Assembly (NCBI RefSeq): GCF_902713615.1
Contig: NW_024056012.1
Location: 124,001-188,000 of the forward strand
Direction of reading: 5' to 3'
Origin: Scyliorhinus canicula
Taxonomy: Eukaryota
DNA: 64,000 bases
Shown here: one piece after another, positions 63,775 through 64,000 of the stretch
Numbering within the stretch: the first letter of the stretch is position 1
Layout: each line of letters begins with the position of its first letter
Made by a program: the position numbers and the translations under genes
The notes under the pieces: generated by a model
The model's database searches: none
The model's input: only the letters and a program-made list of their open reading frames with translations
What the model was told of the DNA's origin: nothing

Positions 63775-64000
63775 TTTGCAGCACAGCAGTTAACACTGTT
63801 CACAGCGCCAGGGTCCCAGGTTCGATTCCCAGCTTCAGTCACTGGTCTGTGCGGAGTCTGCATATTCTCTCTGTAGCTGTCTGGGTTTCCTCCAGGTGCT
63901 CCAGTTTCCTCCCATAATTCCTGAAAGACATGCTTGTGGGTTGAATTGGACATTCTGAACTCTCCATCAGTGTACCTAAACAGGCACCAGAATGTGGCGA
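63775..64000 (+). mobile_element. SINE running off the window end
   Basis: GCAGCACAGCAGTTAACACTG...GGTTCGATTCCC head. Confidence 0.75.

Overview
Shark (elasmobranch) genomic DNA carrying one complete, unrearranged IgM heavy-chain cluster on the + strand. Its order is leader-VH-D1-D2-JH (25743-27500), an 11.8-kb J-C intron, Cmu1-Cmu4 with secretory tail (39326-43524), and TM1/TM2 exons (47570-47844). All splice phases and RSSs are consistent with a functional gene. The SINE types suggest a catshark-like species, but that is low confidence. Upstream (1-24 kb) is TE-rich: CR1-type fragments, an old two-copy tandem duplication (about 2.7-7.8 and 8.25-15.3 kb) and a Rex1/Babar-like LINE. Downstream are a CpG-island promoter (49.7-50.1 kb), decayed zinc-finger exons on both strands, an intact 13-finger C2H2 ORF (55140-56261), many HE1-like SINEs and a 93-copy 27-bp minisatellite. 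The most unusual observations are: (1) a 28S rRNA/CR1-tail chimeric retrocopy inserted into a minisatellite in the Cmu4-TM intron; (2) a perfect 91-bp-arm palindrome from a Penelope-like element, encoding a minimal hammerhead ribozyme on both strands, in the J-C intron; (3) a G-rich block plus an AGCT/CRE-dense 29-bp array just upstream of Cmu1, reminiscent of a switch region; (4) a probable overlapping bidirectional promoter for ZNF transcripts, one running antisense towards the IgM 3' end. No database searches were run; family assignments come from recalled motifs.
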